Assembly: GCF_001194135.2 (NCBI RefSeq)
Contig: NC_068997.1
Location: 11,883,420 to 11,947,419 of the forward strand
Source of the DNA: Octopus bimaculoides
Lineage: Eukaryota
Direction of reading: 5' to 3'
DNA: 64,000 nt
The notes below the pieces were generated by a model, which searched no databases, had not been told where the DNA came from, and saw only the letters and a list, made by a program, of their open reading frames with translations. The first letter of the stretch is position 1; each line of letters starts with the position of its first letter. The translations under genes were made by a program, and so were the position numbers. Below, piece after piece: positions 1 to 12,371 of this stretch.

Positions 1-71
1 TACATTCAGACATATTCTTTTACTCTTTTACTCGTTTTAGCCATGTGGCTACGGTCAGAGGCCACTGAGCA

Positions 72-1046
72 TAATGGTATCTCGGCCGGTATCTAAGAGT
101 TACGGAATTCGACTCTCCGTAGCCATCTGCTGGCAACATTTTTGTTAGAGTAGGCGTGAATATGTGATAATAAGTTCATTTCTCAACCACATGTGTCTAG
201 GTTCAACCTCACCCTGTGGGACCTTGAGCAAATGCCTTCTACAGAACTTCCAGGACGATGCTCGTCTTCTAGGTTCAGGTTTCAGGCTCGGAATTTCTGA
301 AACCACACTTGAGACTGGCTTACGCTTATTTGTTGATCCCCATATACTGCATTACTATTCTTCGCACTTTCCGTTATGTTGTTGCCTCCGAGGTTGTTTT
401 AGTAATGAGGTAACTTTTCATGTTTCAGAGAAACTGAAAACACATAAAGTGAAGACCTGGTGATCAGAATACGCCATATGACTAGAGAATTCACTGAGAT
501 AATCTAAAACTGAATTTCTAGTGTGGGATGATGTGCAATGGAATCATTGGTCCATTTTTCTTCACACAAAGACCAATATCAGCGACCATTTGTTTGAATA
601 TACGGTACCACAACTGGGTGCATCACCACATCCTGGACTGCGTGAGCGTGGGTTTCTAAGTCAAATATTTCCAGACCGGTGGATTGAAAGGGATGCCTGA
701 ATTCCCTCGCCACCTTTTTGTACGGATATCACTCCATTGGACTTTTCTAAGGGGTTATGTTAAAGACACTATGTATTGAACAAAGATACAGGACATCAAC
801 GATCTGAAGCAAAAGCTCACTGATGCCAATGCCACCATCGATAAGGCTATACTACAGCGAACATGGAAAGAAATCGATTACCGCCTTGATTGCGCCGTTC
901 AAATGACGGTGCCCATAAAGAGATGTAATAAATGAGAGAAAAATTCAATATCTATTCATTTTGTAATACTTTTCATAAGTTTATCTCTTCATTTGCTTGT
1001 GTAATAAATGTTTGAAATAGTAAAGAGACTTTATGGACACCCTGTA
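72..1046 (+). mobile_element. Decayed Tc1/mariner DNA transposon, DD41D (rosa-type); right TIR present, left TIR not seen
   Basis: Transposase motifs on + strand; ends in TIR-like TTTATGGACACCCTG followed by TA at 1045-1046; SINE-head fragment at about 170-241 interrupts the 5' part; 5' boundary approximate. Confidence 0.8.
393..928 (+). pseudogene. Tc1/mariner transposase catalytic domain pseudogene
   Basis: CFSNEVTFHVSEK (from FSDEATFH), PQLGASPH (from QQDGAPPH), FPDRWIERDA*, DITPLDF then GYVKD after a frameshift; 41 codons between the 2nd catalytic position (614-616) and the 3rd Asp (740-742); stops and frameshifts. Confidence 0.85.
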
Positions 1047-1459
1047 TATATAGACTTACAGACGTATAAAATATGTGTGCCTTTCTGAGTATCTGTGTCA
1101 GTGGGTGTAGAGGTGCGCGCGTGCAAACAGGGTTCGAATGTGTGCTGCAATAGGATTAATGCTCTGATAGTACAATAGTCTGACTATCTGTGTGGCGTGC
1201 CAAGTAGCATGGCGCAAACTTCTAGGCTTGGGCTGCAAGCGAGTACAGAGCATGCAATACATGATTGCATGATTATCTTAGAATTAGATCATGAAATTTA
1301 CAGCAGGTTGCATTTAAATCCCTTGTATATTAAATGATATTTATATCTCGCTTCCTGGAGTACTATTTTACGGATCCTACCAATAGCGAAATTCAAACAG
1401 ACATACGCAAACACACACACATACAAACACACACACACAATATATAGATTTATACGTAT

Positions 1460-1506
<47 letters not shown>

Positions 1507-2162
1507 NNNNNNNNNNNNNNNNNNNNNNNNNNNNNNNNNNNNNNNNTATATATATGTATGTATGTATAAGCACACACACACACATATATGCATATGTATA
1601 TATGTATATATATGTACATATATCAATCTACATATATGAATATATTTTTCTCTCTCTCGCTACATATATATATTTAAATATATGCATCAATGCAGTTTTC
1701 AAATGTAGGTACATGATTTGATAATTGCTTCAACACTTGTTAAAGTAAAAACATCAAACTTTGCAAGATATTCAATTAGTTTATTTTAGTGTCATCCCCA
1801 GTGAATCTTCCGATATCTATCTCCCGAAAAATTTTAAATCGTAAATTGGAATTCTTGATCTGGAACGACTATGTAAACCACTCTATTACACTCTTCAAAT
1901 TAAACCATGAAATTGCAATGATCTTGCTAATTTGCCTAATGAATATGATTATAAACTCTGCATAATTGCACCAGATATACTTTTTACCATTTCCACTTTA
2001 ATAGCTAATATTAGTCTACTTTGAAATTCTGAAAAGTTCATCCGTAATTTGATTTATGGGCAATTTCCATCAGAATTTCCGATTAAGTGTGAGGCAATTT
2101 ACTATGTAGTTCATTAGTGTGTGTGGGTGTATGTATGTATATTTGATCGTATGTTTGTGTGC

Positions 2163-2227
<65 letters not shown>

Positions 2228-2291
2228 GATAGTTATCGATGTATGGATATGAAAATGTGTACCCTATGTACATAGAGAAATNNNNNNNNNN

Positions 2292-2358
<67 letters not shown>

Positions 2359-2362
<4 letters not shown>

Positions 2363-2709
2363 CTTCCTTCCCAAGGACCAAGAACATGGTTCCGGGTTCA
2401 ATCCCACAACGTGGCACCGTGGGAAAGTGCCTTCTGCTATAGCCTCGGGCCGACCAAAGCCTTTTGAGTGGATTTGGTAAATGGAAACTGAAAGAAGCTC
2501 GTCGTACATATGTATTTATATATATTTGTGCATGTATGTATCTGCGTTTCTCCTCCCTCGTGTTTATGCACCCGTAACCTACTGGTTCGGCAAAAGATAC
2601 CCACAGATTAAGTACTAGGCTTACAATGAAGAAGTCCTGGTGTCGATCTGTTCGACTAAAGGCGGAGCCCCACCACGGCCGCAGTCACATGACTGAAACA
2701 AGTAAAAGA

Positions 2710-2710
<1 letters not shown>
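2359..2710 (+). mobile_element. tRNA-headed SINE family 1, near full length
   Basis: B-box GGTTCAATCCC; body GCCTCGGGCCGACCAAAGCC...GGAAACTGAAAGAAG; internal TA/TG tract; 3' end GACTGAAACAAGTAAAAG; matches copies at 31299-31717 and elsewhere. Confidence 0.85.
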
Positions 2711-2749
<39 letters not shown>

Positions 2750-2811
2750 TTATATCTAGTTTCAGGTCACGAGCTGTGGCCATGCTGGTGCACTGGCATT
2801 TGGTTTTGCTA

Positions 2812-3545
2812 CATAATTTTACTTCACGAATGCTTTTTAACGAATTAATATTTTGTGCATGAGGGAGTTTGATACCGCTGCCCTCATCCGCACCTTTTGC
2901 TGTGAAGTTGGTTCATCTGGAACACTTGACAGCAAGGGGTCCAGCTTTATTTTGAAGACACGTCTATCCACCCCATGCTGGTCTCTGAGGTCCTTCGGGA
3001 GGATATTGAAGAGCTGTGGAACTTTGAAGCCCAGGCTATTGCAGTATCTTGTCCTACATCTTGATGGTAAATTCGGAGACTTTGACACTATGGAATGGCG
3101 CCTAGTTGTAGTATTTATGTAACTTTTGATGCCAATGTTTAGGACAAATCCATCCAGCATCTTCCAGATGTATATTATGGAATAGAGTCTTAATCTGTTG
3201 TGTCTTTTCCAGTAGCCTATTTGCTGCATAGAGGCTATCTTTTTTCGTGTACCTTCGTTGGATTGCCTCAAGTTCTGAGATCAATTTGACGCTGGTTGGT
3301 GACCATAGCTGAGAGCAATAGTCAAAGTGGCTTAAGACGTATCCTCCAGAGGACCATCATGGTTTCTTGATCTCTTGTTCTGGTTCTAAGAATCCATCCG
3401 TTCAGCAGCCTACATTTCATTGCATATTTAGCAACATGCACATGGAAGGATGCATCATTACTCATGTAAATGGCCAGGTCTCGCGCAACCAACAAAGGAT
3501 TCTGCTACGCAGAATCCAGAATACGTCAAACAAAAATAGATGTGG
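2812..3545 (-). mobile_element. 5'-truncated CR1-clade LINE, RT C-terminal region
   Basis: Frameshifted translation RDLAIYMSNDASF...GWILRT...VLSHFDYCSQLWSP...ISELEAIQRRYTKK...LRLYS...PQLFNILPKDLRD...FKIKLD..LSSVPDEP. Confidence 0.85.
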
Positions 3546-3551
3546 AAGTTT

Positions 3552-3623
3552 TAAAATACCTCTCTAACGAAAAATCTTTTAAAAAGTCTTTAAAATACCT
3601 CTGTAACGAAAAATCTTTAAAAA
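3552..3623. repeat. 39-bp-period tandem duplication
   Basis: TAAAATACCTCT(C/G)TAACGAAAAATCTTT at 3552 and 3591. Confidence 0.9.
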
Positions 3624-4369
3624 TGAAGTCATGCTATCAGCTATAAACGACAACTGCCCCTGCAAGAATCTTGATAAAAAGAAAATGAAATATTCGCGAC
3701 ATGTGATATAATAAAATAATTTTGGATAGTGTTGCAGAGACTAAAACAACAGAAGAATAAAAACCATGTATATTCCCGGGTGTGTGTATAATTGTGTGAT
3801 AAAAAGTCAGTCGACCAATACATGAATTGAGCGATAAACAAATAAATATCTCTGGAAAAACAGGTCACAATTTCGATGCAATCGATAGAGACAAAAAGTT
3901 TATGAAGTGACCACTGGGAGACAATATTCAGATAAACAGAATCGTATCCTAAAGCTAACCAATGAAAACTAGATTATTTAATAACTGGCATATGAATAAC
4001 AGCAATCATAATCATAACTATAAGGTGGACAAGCTACCTTTTAATAGAAATAATGACAAATACCACTGGAAACTAGCCAAATATGGAGAAAATGATGAAC
4101 TACATGCAATGCATAAAAGACAAACCCGGATACTGAATGAAGATAGGTTTGACATGAGATAGGATGACGTAAAACGCTGGTGTAAGAGAAATATAATTCA
4201 GTTAAAATAATCGGTCAAATCTACAACATATTGATGACAATATATATATTTGCGTGTGCGCACGTTTAGATATGTATGTATGAACCTCCCTGTATATAGA
4301 GTTACATAGTTACATATATTAATCGAATCAAGACTCGCTTTTAACGCCTAGTAACTTATCCTATCATTA

Positions 4370-4452
4370 CTTTGCCAAACCGCTATGTTATGCGTTTAAC
4401 GCGACAATACTGGTTGTCAAGCGGTGATAGGGAGACAAACACTGACGCAAAG

Positions 4453-4460
<8 letters not shown>
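4370..4460 (-). mobile_element. SINE family 1 internal fragment
   Basis: TTTGCCAAACCGCTATGTT...GGTTGTCAAGCGGTG...GACAAACAC, similar to 31430-31510. Confidence 0.65.
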
Positions 4461-4508
<48 letters not shown>

Positions 4509-5642
4509 TTATATATATATATATATAATTCCGGCTCTATTTGTAGCAGTATGCACAGAATTGCAATAATGCTTCGTATTACTATCGTATCCCGTAATTC
4601 AATATTATGATTCATTCATTAGGTTGACATGTTTTCATTTGTTCTGTTGAGTTACTAGTAACTTCCTTCAACAACCTAGTATAATACCGTTGGGGCTTTA
4701 GTGAGCAAACGGTTTTGTTTCATATCGCATGTAGTGTATAGGACACAATATCAAGTCAACTGCACTTCTTAATATGTTCCATCTATTTCTTTTTAGAGCA
4801 TGTTTCTTATTGCATGTTTCTCATGGTCGACTTTTGTACATATGGTATTAAGTGGATTCACCAGTTTCAACCAGTATCCGCCATGCCTGTTAGAAATTTC
4901 GATTCCACTGGAAATGAATAGCATACAGAGCTATATACTTATACACTTTAATACAAGTATTCATACGCATATATATATATATATATATATATATANNNNN
5001 NNNNNNNNNNNNNNNNNNNNNNNNNNNNNNNNNNNNNNNNNNNNNNNNNNNNNNNNNNNNNNNNNNNNNNNNNNNNNNNNNNNNNNNNNNNNNNNNNNNN
5101 NNNNNNNNNNNNNNNNNNNNNNNNNNNNNNNNNNNNNNNNNNNNNNNNNNNNNNNNNNNNNNNNNNNNNNNNNNNNNNNNNNNNNNNNTATACATATATA
5201 TATATATATGCAGAGTGAGAGAGAGGCTGGGAGAGAGAAGGTGTGAGAGAGAGAGAGAGATACAAAGATATACGTAATACAATGTTATATCAAGCTATTA
5301 TAGTTTATTAGCAATGTGGATAGGCATAAATGCAATGATTAACAAGTTATTCAACTTCAATTGCAAATTATTACCGATTATATCTTTGGAGATTGGAAAT
5401 GGTTTGAAGTACCAATTTATAAGCAAAATATATCGGTCACTAGAGGCATAGTTGAATTAATTCCATGATAGGCACCCATAATCTTTGTATAGGAAATCTT
5501 GGTAAAGAAGGTGACGTCAACAGTACTTTTGTATTAATGACTGCTTCGTGACTATTAAGTGGGAAGATTATATGTCAAGTATCTCAAAATACAGGTTTGC
5601 TGGAATTAAATCGTAAGACATACTTTATTATATTTGTAAGAG

Positions 5643-5691
<49 letters not shown>

Positions 5692-5828
5692 GGTTTTATT
5701 AATGAGGCAGAAAATGAAATTTCCAACGGTTAAATTGCACATTGATAATATATTGTTCAGTGAATTCAAACTAATAAATTCGTATGAGGTAAAGCATGAT
5801 TATAAATATTCGTTGTTATACAATACAT

Positions 5829-5865
<37 letters not shown>

Positions 5866-6432
5866 AAGGTATGATGGATGAGTGGAGCTCTAATTTTCAG
5901 CTTGATGTCTTGCTCATTTATTTATTGTTATACAGGTAAATAAAAGATCGTTTTAAAAGAATTTATTTAGAAAATATATGCAACACGCTGTATTGTTACA
6001 TTTAGTTCACGAATAAAAATTGACATGGGAATCAGATTTATCTTCATATATTATTACATACTGTGTTAAGTGTCCAAGAACTAGTAGAATGATAGAAGGG
6101 CGGTTTGTCGAGAAAAAAAAGAAAAGAAGAAAACAAACGAATGACAACTAATTAAGCCTGCAATAACATGAAACTTGTGGTAGATGATAAATATATGTCA
6201 CATGGAAATAGAAATTAAAAGCAAAATCAATAATTAAAACATATACGTGTTTCACCAAAAGCAGTAACCATTGGTCGGCTTATCAACTTAATTGTAAACG
6301 TTGCAGATAAATTTGATATAAGTTTACAACATTGTCCTTTATGATAGAAGCGAATGTGAACATTTATGTCTGAAAATGTGAAGAAAAATTCAAATAACAT
6401 GTTTCCATGTGTGCTATAGAGAGAAGGATTTT

Positions 6433-7138
6433 ATTATGGTACCAGACAATGGAAAAATTCTACGACAAAATAATGGAAGATATATCTCGATAAGAGGGAA
6501 AATGTATATTTTAAGATAACTATAGACATTTACAAATATATTGTTAGTATTTCTTTGAGAGCAGCAATTCTTCAATTTCTTAAATTTGTGGAGTGTAGAG
6601 AATACTTTTTAAATTTATTCATACATTTTTATGCTGTTATTCGTATGTTGTAGAAATAGGTCCTTGTTTAGCGGCTATTCTACTTCGACATGAACAACCA
6701 TATGACACACGGGATAGAAATCAAAGCCAAAATTACAACCATCACCATCAATGCCATCAGTATCACCACTACTACTGCTGCTACTACTGCCCCTAGTGCC
6801 ACTACTTCTACAACCACCACCACCACTACTGCTACTACTGCTGAGGAATTTCATGTCAAATATCTGCACTATCAATTCGTATATTGTAGAAACAGGTCCT
6901 AAACAAGAACCTATTTCTACAACATACGAATAACAGCATAAAAATGTATGAATACATTTAAAAAGTATTCTCTCACACTCCACAAGTTTAAGAAATTGAA
7001 GAATTGCTGCTCTCAAAGAAATACTAACAACATATTTGTAAATGTCTATAGTTATCTTGAAATATACATTTTCCCTCTTATCGAGATGTATTTTCTATTA
7101 TTTTCTCGTAGAATTTTTCCACTGTCTGGTACCATAAT
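6433..7138. repeat. Long inverted repeat: arms 6433-6671 and 6899-7138 (~240 bp, ~95% identical), ~227-bp spacer
   Basis: Manual alignment to the reverse complement gives about 11 differences, mostly transitions. Confidence 0.95.
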
Positions 7139-7637
7139 GAATTACGTCTTAATATCTATTTATTTGCGATTCAAAAAAGTTCTTTCTCCCGTTGGCAAAC
7201 TTACTTGTTTTACTTTTAACCCTTATTTACATTTTGTTATCTAATGGCGCACGAGATCAATTAGGTGCTTTTTCTCATATAAATAATAGTCTTATATAAG
7301 ATAAACAAGCTCGTTACTAAGTTGCTGGTACTGTAAACTAGAAGTATATTCATATGTAAGATATCGAACAGAAATTGCCAGTTCGTTACTGCGTATGATC
7401 GAATCTGGTTAACATATTTATCTTTGAATTCCCATTCCGTACAAATAATTTTTTTTTTTAAATGGGATAAATTAAACGTTGCTGCTCTCTCTGTGTTATA
7501 AGTGAAATATCAATTTCCACATAAGAAAGGTCAGCATGCATGTCCATCCATTAACAAATTTCTTAACCTAAGATGCTAAATCTAAATCTTAGATCATTGT
7601 TCGTTAATTTTTTAATAAATTTCACGGCAAGAATACC

Positions 7638-7692
<55 letters not shown>

Positions 7693-8511
7693 CTGGTCTT
7701 TGTAAGTTTGTATTTAGAAATATACATATACATGTATACCTGGGCGGCAGTGTGTGTGTATGTATATGTGTGAGAAGGGGGAGAGAGAGAGGGAGAATCA
7801 GAGAGAAGCAGACAGACAAGCAGACAGCGGAAAGGAGTGTTTACCGATGAACATACATTTTATAAATTGGATTTCGTGTTTTAAATTTAAAAATAAATTA
7901 TTCATGTCAAATATCTGCGCTTTCAAGGTCTAGTTCCACAATACACGGCTAGCAGTTATGCTTATTGTAGTTCGAAACAACATCCCAAAGATGGCTTTTT
8001 TTAACCATGTTATTAATTGTAAATCGGTTTCATACGCATTCTAATAATTACCGTGTCAAGTAGAAACGCGAAATGAAATTATTATTTTTTTTTTTGCATT
8101 TATTAGCTGACAACGAAAATTCACGTTCGTAATTTTATTTTTCAAGTAAATGGTCGGCTTTTTTTAAAATTTAAATAGTTCATGAATTCAGTTTTTGCCA
8201 TGTTCACCATTTAAATTTTGAAAGCCTTAATTACTTAGACATTTAAATTAGCTTAAACAATGGTTGAAATAAGAACACAAAGAAAAATAATTTGCATTGA
8301 ATTTCAATACAGCTTTGAAGATATGCCAAAGAAAAATACACAATTACTCATAATTTAAAAATATATATATGAGGCTTTGAAACATAACTCTTGGCTCCCA
8401 ATAAACTTCGTCTTGTTTCATGAAATTCAATGGAAATTCATATTTCCCTTCGGAGAATGCTTCATGTGTAGAAATTATATAATTCTTTGTTTCGTGTAAA
8501 ACATAATCACG

Positions 8512-9019
8512 TATAATAAGACACCATGGTAATGCCGTTAGTAGGAGAGGTTAGGAAAGTAATGGAGGAGGAAGAAATATTGTAACTGAATGAATTAAGA
8601 GAAGTTAAGAGAAATTAAATAAACTTAAAACTAGTTAAAAATATGACAAGTAAACGTGAAAATATTTTTAGAAAATTCATTCTTTTCTCAATCTCAACAA
8701 TTGCCTAAAGCCTAAATTTTTTTAAAAATCTTAATAAACTTACAAAAAAATCGAAAAAATGTTTCTAGAACAATTCACAAAATCTCAACAATTCTCAAAG
8801 AACGTTAAATAATTCAAACGTTTCAGATTTTTACTTTTTTCTTTAAGCGATTTTTGACAATTCTTTAAAAACATTCTAAAAAAGTTTTCACCTTTTCATG
8901 TCTTAACTGCTTTTAATTTCGCTTAACTTCTCTTAACTTCTTTTAATTTATTCACTTTCTATATTTCATTCTCCTCCTTTCACTTCCTACTAACAACGAT
9001 ACTCTGTTGTCTTATTATA
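8512..9019. repeat. Degenerate inverted repeat / fold-back element: arms about 8512-8673 and 8874-9019
   Basis: Colinear shared blocks TATAATAAGACA, GTTAGTAGGA, GGAGGAG, GAAGTTAAGAGAA, GTGAAAA..TTTTAGAA. Confidence 0.75.
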
Positions 9020-10103
9020 ATATACTATAACCATTTTGCCTGAGAGACACCAGCACAATACAACATAATTTTTGCAGTAAGAAGTACATTACTTGAAGAA
9101 CGGATCGTTGAGAAGAAATGGAAACATAAAAAGTATCTGACGAACAAAAAATCATACTAACTTAGCAACAGAAGAAATAAAACGGGATACTTCCACAGCA
9201 AAAATGATAAACCTAGATTCTTTATTCAGCTGTAATACTTGCATAACGATTACATACACACACGCATACGAACGCACGGACGCCAGCGCAAACACACAAA
9301 GACTCAGACACGCACACACACACGTAGACATACATACACATATACATACATGCATACATACATATATATNNNNNNNNNNNNNNNNNNNNNNNNNNNNNNN
9401 NNNNNNNNNNNNNNNNNNNNNNNNNNNNNNNNNNNNNNNNNNNNNNNNNNNNNNNNNNNNNNNNNNNNNNNNNNNNNNNNNNNNNNNNNNNNNNNNNNNN
9501 NNNNNNNNNNNNNNNNNNNNNNNNNNNNNNNNNNNNNNNNNNNNNNNNNNNNNNNNNNNNNNNNNNNNNNNNNNNNNNNNNNNNNNNNNNNNNNNNNNNN
9601 NNNNNNNNNNNNNNNNNNNNNNNNNNNNNNNNNNNNNNNNNNNNNNNNNNNNNNNNNNNNNNNNNNNNNNNNNNNNNNNNNNNNNNNNNNNNNNNNNNNN
9701 NNNNNNNNNNNNNNNNNNNNNNNNNNNNNNNNNNNNNNNNNNNNNNNNNNNNNNNNNNNNNNNNNNNNNNNNNNNNNNNNNNNNNNNNNNNNNNNNNNNN
9801 NNNNNNNNNNNNNNNNNNNNNNNNNNNNNNNNNNNNNNNNNNNNNNNNNNNNNNNNNNNNNNNNNNNNNNNNNNNNNNNNNNNNNNNNNNNNNNNNNNNN
9901 NNNNNNNNNNNNNNNNNNNNNNNNNNNNNNNNNNNNNNNNNNNNNNNNNNNNNNNNNNNNNNNNNNNNNNNNNNNNNNNNNNNNNNNNNNNNNNNNNNNN
10001 NNNNNNNNNNNNNNNNNNNNNNNNNNNNNNNNNNNNNNNNNNNNNNNNNNNNNNNNNNNNNNNNNNNNNNNNNNNNNNNNNNNNNNNNNNNNNNNNNNNN
10101 NNN

Positions 10104-10158
<55 letters not shown>

Positions 10159-10310
10159 TTATGTTTGACTTTTGTTTTGCATTTGTACAAGTTGGATCCA
10201 AGTCCCACCCAGAGACCTCAAGAGACAACAAGTTAGAAGTTCATGTAGGTGTTATGCCTAGGGTACCATATATTTGGATTTGTACAGTTTTGTTCAAGTG
10301 AATGTTTAAG
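10104..10310 (-). mobile_element. Probable non-LTR retrotransposon 3' terminus with (TAA)n tail
   Basis: GC-richer ~150-bp block abutting a long (TAA)n tract on the minus strand; resembles R4/Dong-like 3' UTRs from recollection only. Confidence 0.4.
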
Positions 10311-11286
10311 AAACCGTAAGAAAATTATGTGTTTGCTTTAAAATTTGAGTATTATTATTATTATTATTATTATTATCACCTATCGCGGTTTATTATTGAA
10401 GTTTACGTCGATTACTCCGTAGTGCTGTTTTGCATCTATAATAAAATAAATATATACAAATTATAAAAATAATAATCAAAAATATACAATACAGTACCAT
10501 TCCCTCTCATACATTCCACTGGCAATTATTGGACGGATTGAATAATACATTTAGAATGCATAATACATATATAGGATACAATCAAAACTAACATATTTAA
10601 GTTATCATTTAAAGAGAATTACAGGATATTTAAATATTTATAACATGTAGGGCCGAAGGAAATTAATCATTTTCAAAATGGCTTTCGTATAATCACCGCT
10701 GTCATTTCGAAGAAAATAGTTTCCGAAATGGAAAGCAATCTCATTAAATACTTTTATTTATTGACTCTGGTAAACGACCGGAAATTTTGTTTGCGTCCAG
10801 AAACATATATTGAATCAAATCCCATGAATGCCATTCTCAATAAAAGTGTGTGGTACTCCTTCTATCACAAGCCTTTTTGATAGAACATTAATTTCTATTT
10901 GATGTCGTAGCCAACTTTTTAAAATTTTACATTTAAAACCTGAATAGGTGTCACCCGGCAAGGATGCTTATAATTTGCTTGCAAAACGCTAAAATATGAT
11001 CATTGTTGCGAGATTTGGAATAGTTTCAAGAGTGTTTGGAATATTTCTACATTAAATTGCATTTTTATATGGTATTTGCTAGCTAGGTTCTTCCTAGCTA
11101 GCAAGCTGCGCTGCGTGTGTTACTGACTGCAGCTGTGAGAAGGCGACACCACAACAGCGACCTCAAAAGAGTCTCTTTATGCACCAACTCACTCATAAAG
11201 TCGCTTTTGAGGGGTATTAAAGTGTACATATATATATGTGTAAATGTACATGCATATGCAACTCCATACATACATAAGCACATACA

Positions 11287-11342
<56 letters not shown>

Positions 11343-12181
11343 CCTTTTTCTCTCTATAGTTTTAGAGAAAAGAACCAAAGTTCATGAACTCCTCAATAAA
11401 AATCCACGGTCACATATAGAAAAATTAATAAGAAAATGCACGATAAATAAGTATAATATAATACAAAGTAATTATCATAAGTTAATGATAATAAAATGAC
11501 TACACGTTTTATATAACGAAAAATTTTATGCACGCATTTACATGCATAAATGTACATGTGTATGAATTATATAATTTAAGGATCTCCTACATAAGATGAA
11601 ATTTACAACAAAATGCAGTTAAACGAAATGAAATATTTCCTTTTCTTGGATATGTCTATATCTAAGATTAGTTCGTCTTGCAGATAATTAAATGTATATT
11701 TACAACAATATCAATGTAATCGAAAACATATGCGTTATCATGAATATACGTATTTTATAGAGGAAAGCATTAAATAATTTGATGTTAGATGTTACCAATA
11801 CGAAATAGTGTGAAACACTGTATCCGTAATATGTGTTTATATATGGTGTATTTAATTTTGTTTCCGACGCAACTACGAATAAGCTGATAATTGTCAGCAA
11901 CTCGTTGAAATTCGTTTTGTTATCTGCAGAGGAAAATACAATATTGCTTCTAAGATAAATAGATTTATATTCAAATACTATTAATATACAATATATATGT
12001 TAACGTTTCTTAAATAAGTTTTAATTGCCAATATTCCCGCAAATATTATTTGTTGAAATACACCATTTATATTTTATGAAACAGTTATGAAATTATATTA
12101 TATCTTGAAGCCAATATTTATATTTCAGAACTTATAATCTTCAAATGGAAATATATTTTATTCAACATGAATCTATAGAAG

Positions 12182-12223
<42 letters not shown>

Positions 12224-12266
12224 TGTATATATGCAGTGTAAACGGACACGCATACACACACGCACG

Positions 12267-12304
<38 letters not shown>

Positions 12305-12333
12305 TACACACACACACACANNNNNNNNNNNNN

Positions 12334-12371
<38 letters not shown>

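Noticed and set aside
3803-4162. Protein-like frames including NFDAIDR (3869-3889), resembling orcokinin NFDEIDR
   Set aside because: Single motif without flanking dibasic sites or repeats; frames broken by stops; no clear splice signals.
6690-6902. Thr/Ala-rich mucin-like ORF
   Set aside because: Degenerate ACT/ACC/GCT trinucleotide tract in the inverted-repeat spacer; no supporting splice sites or domain.
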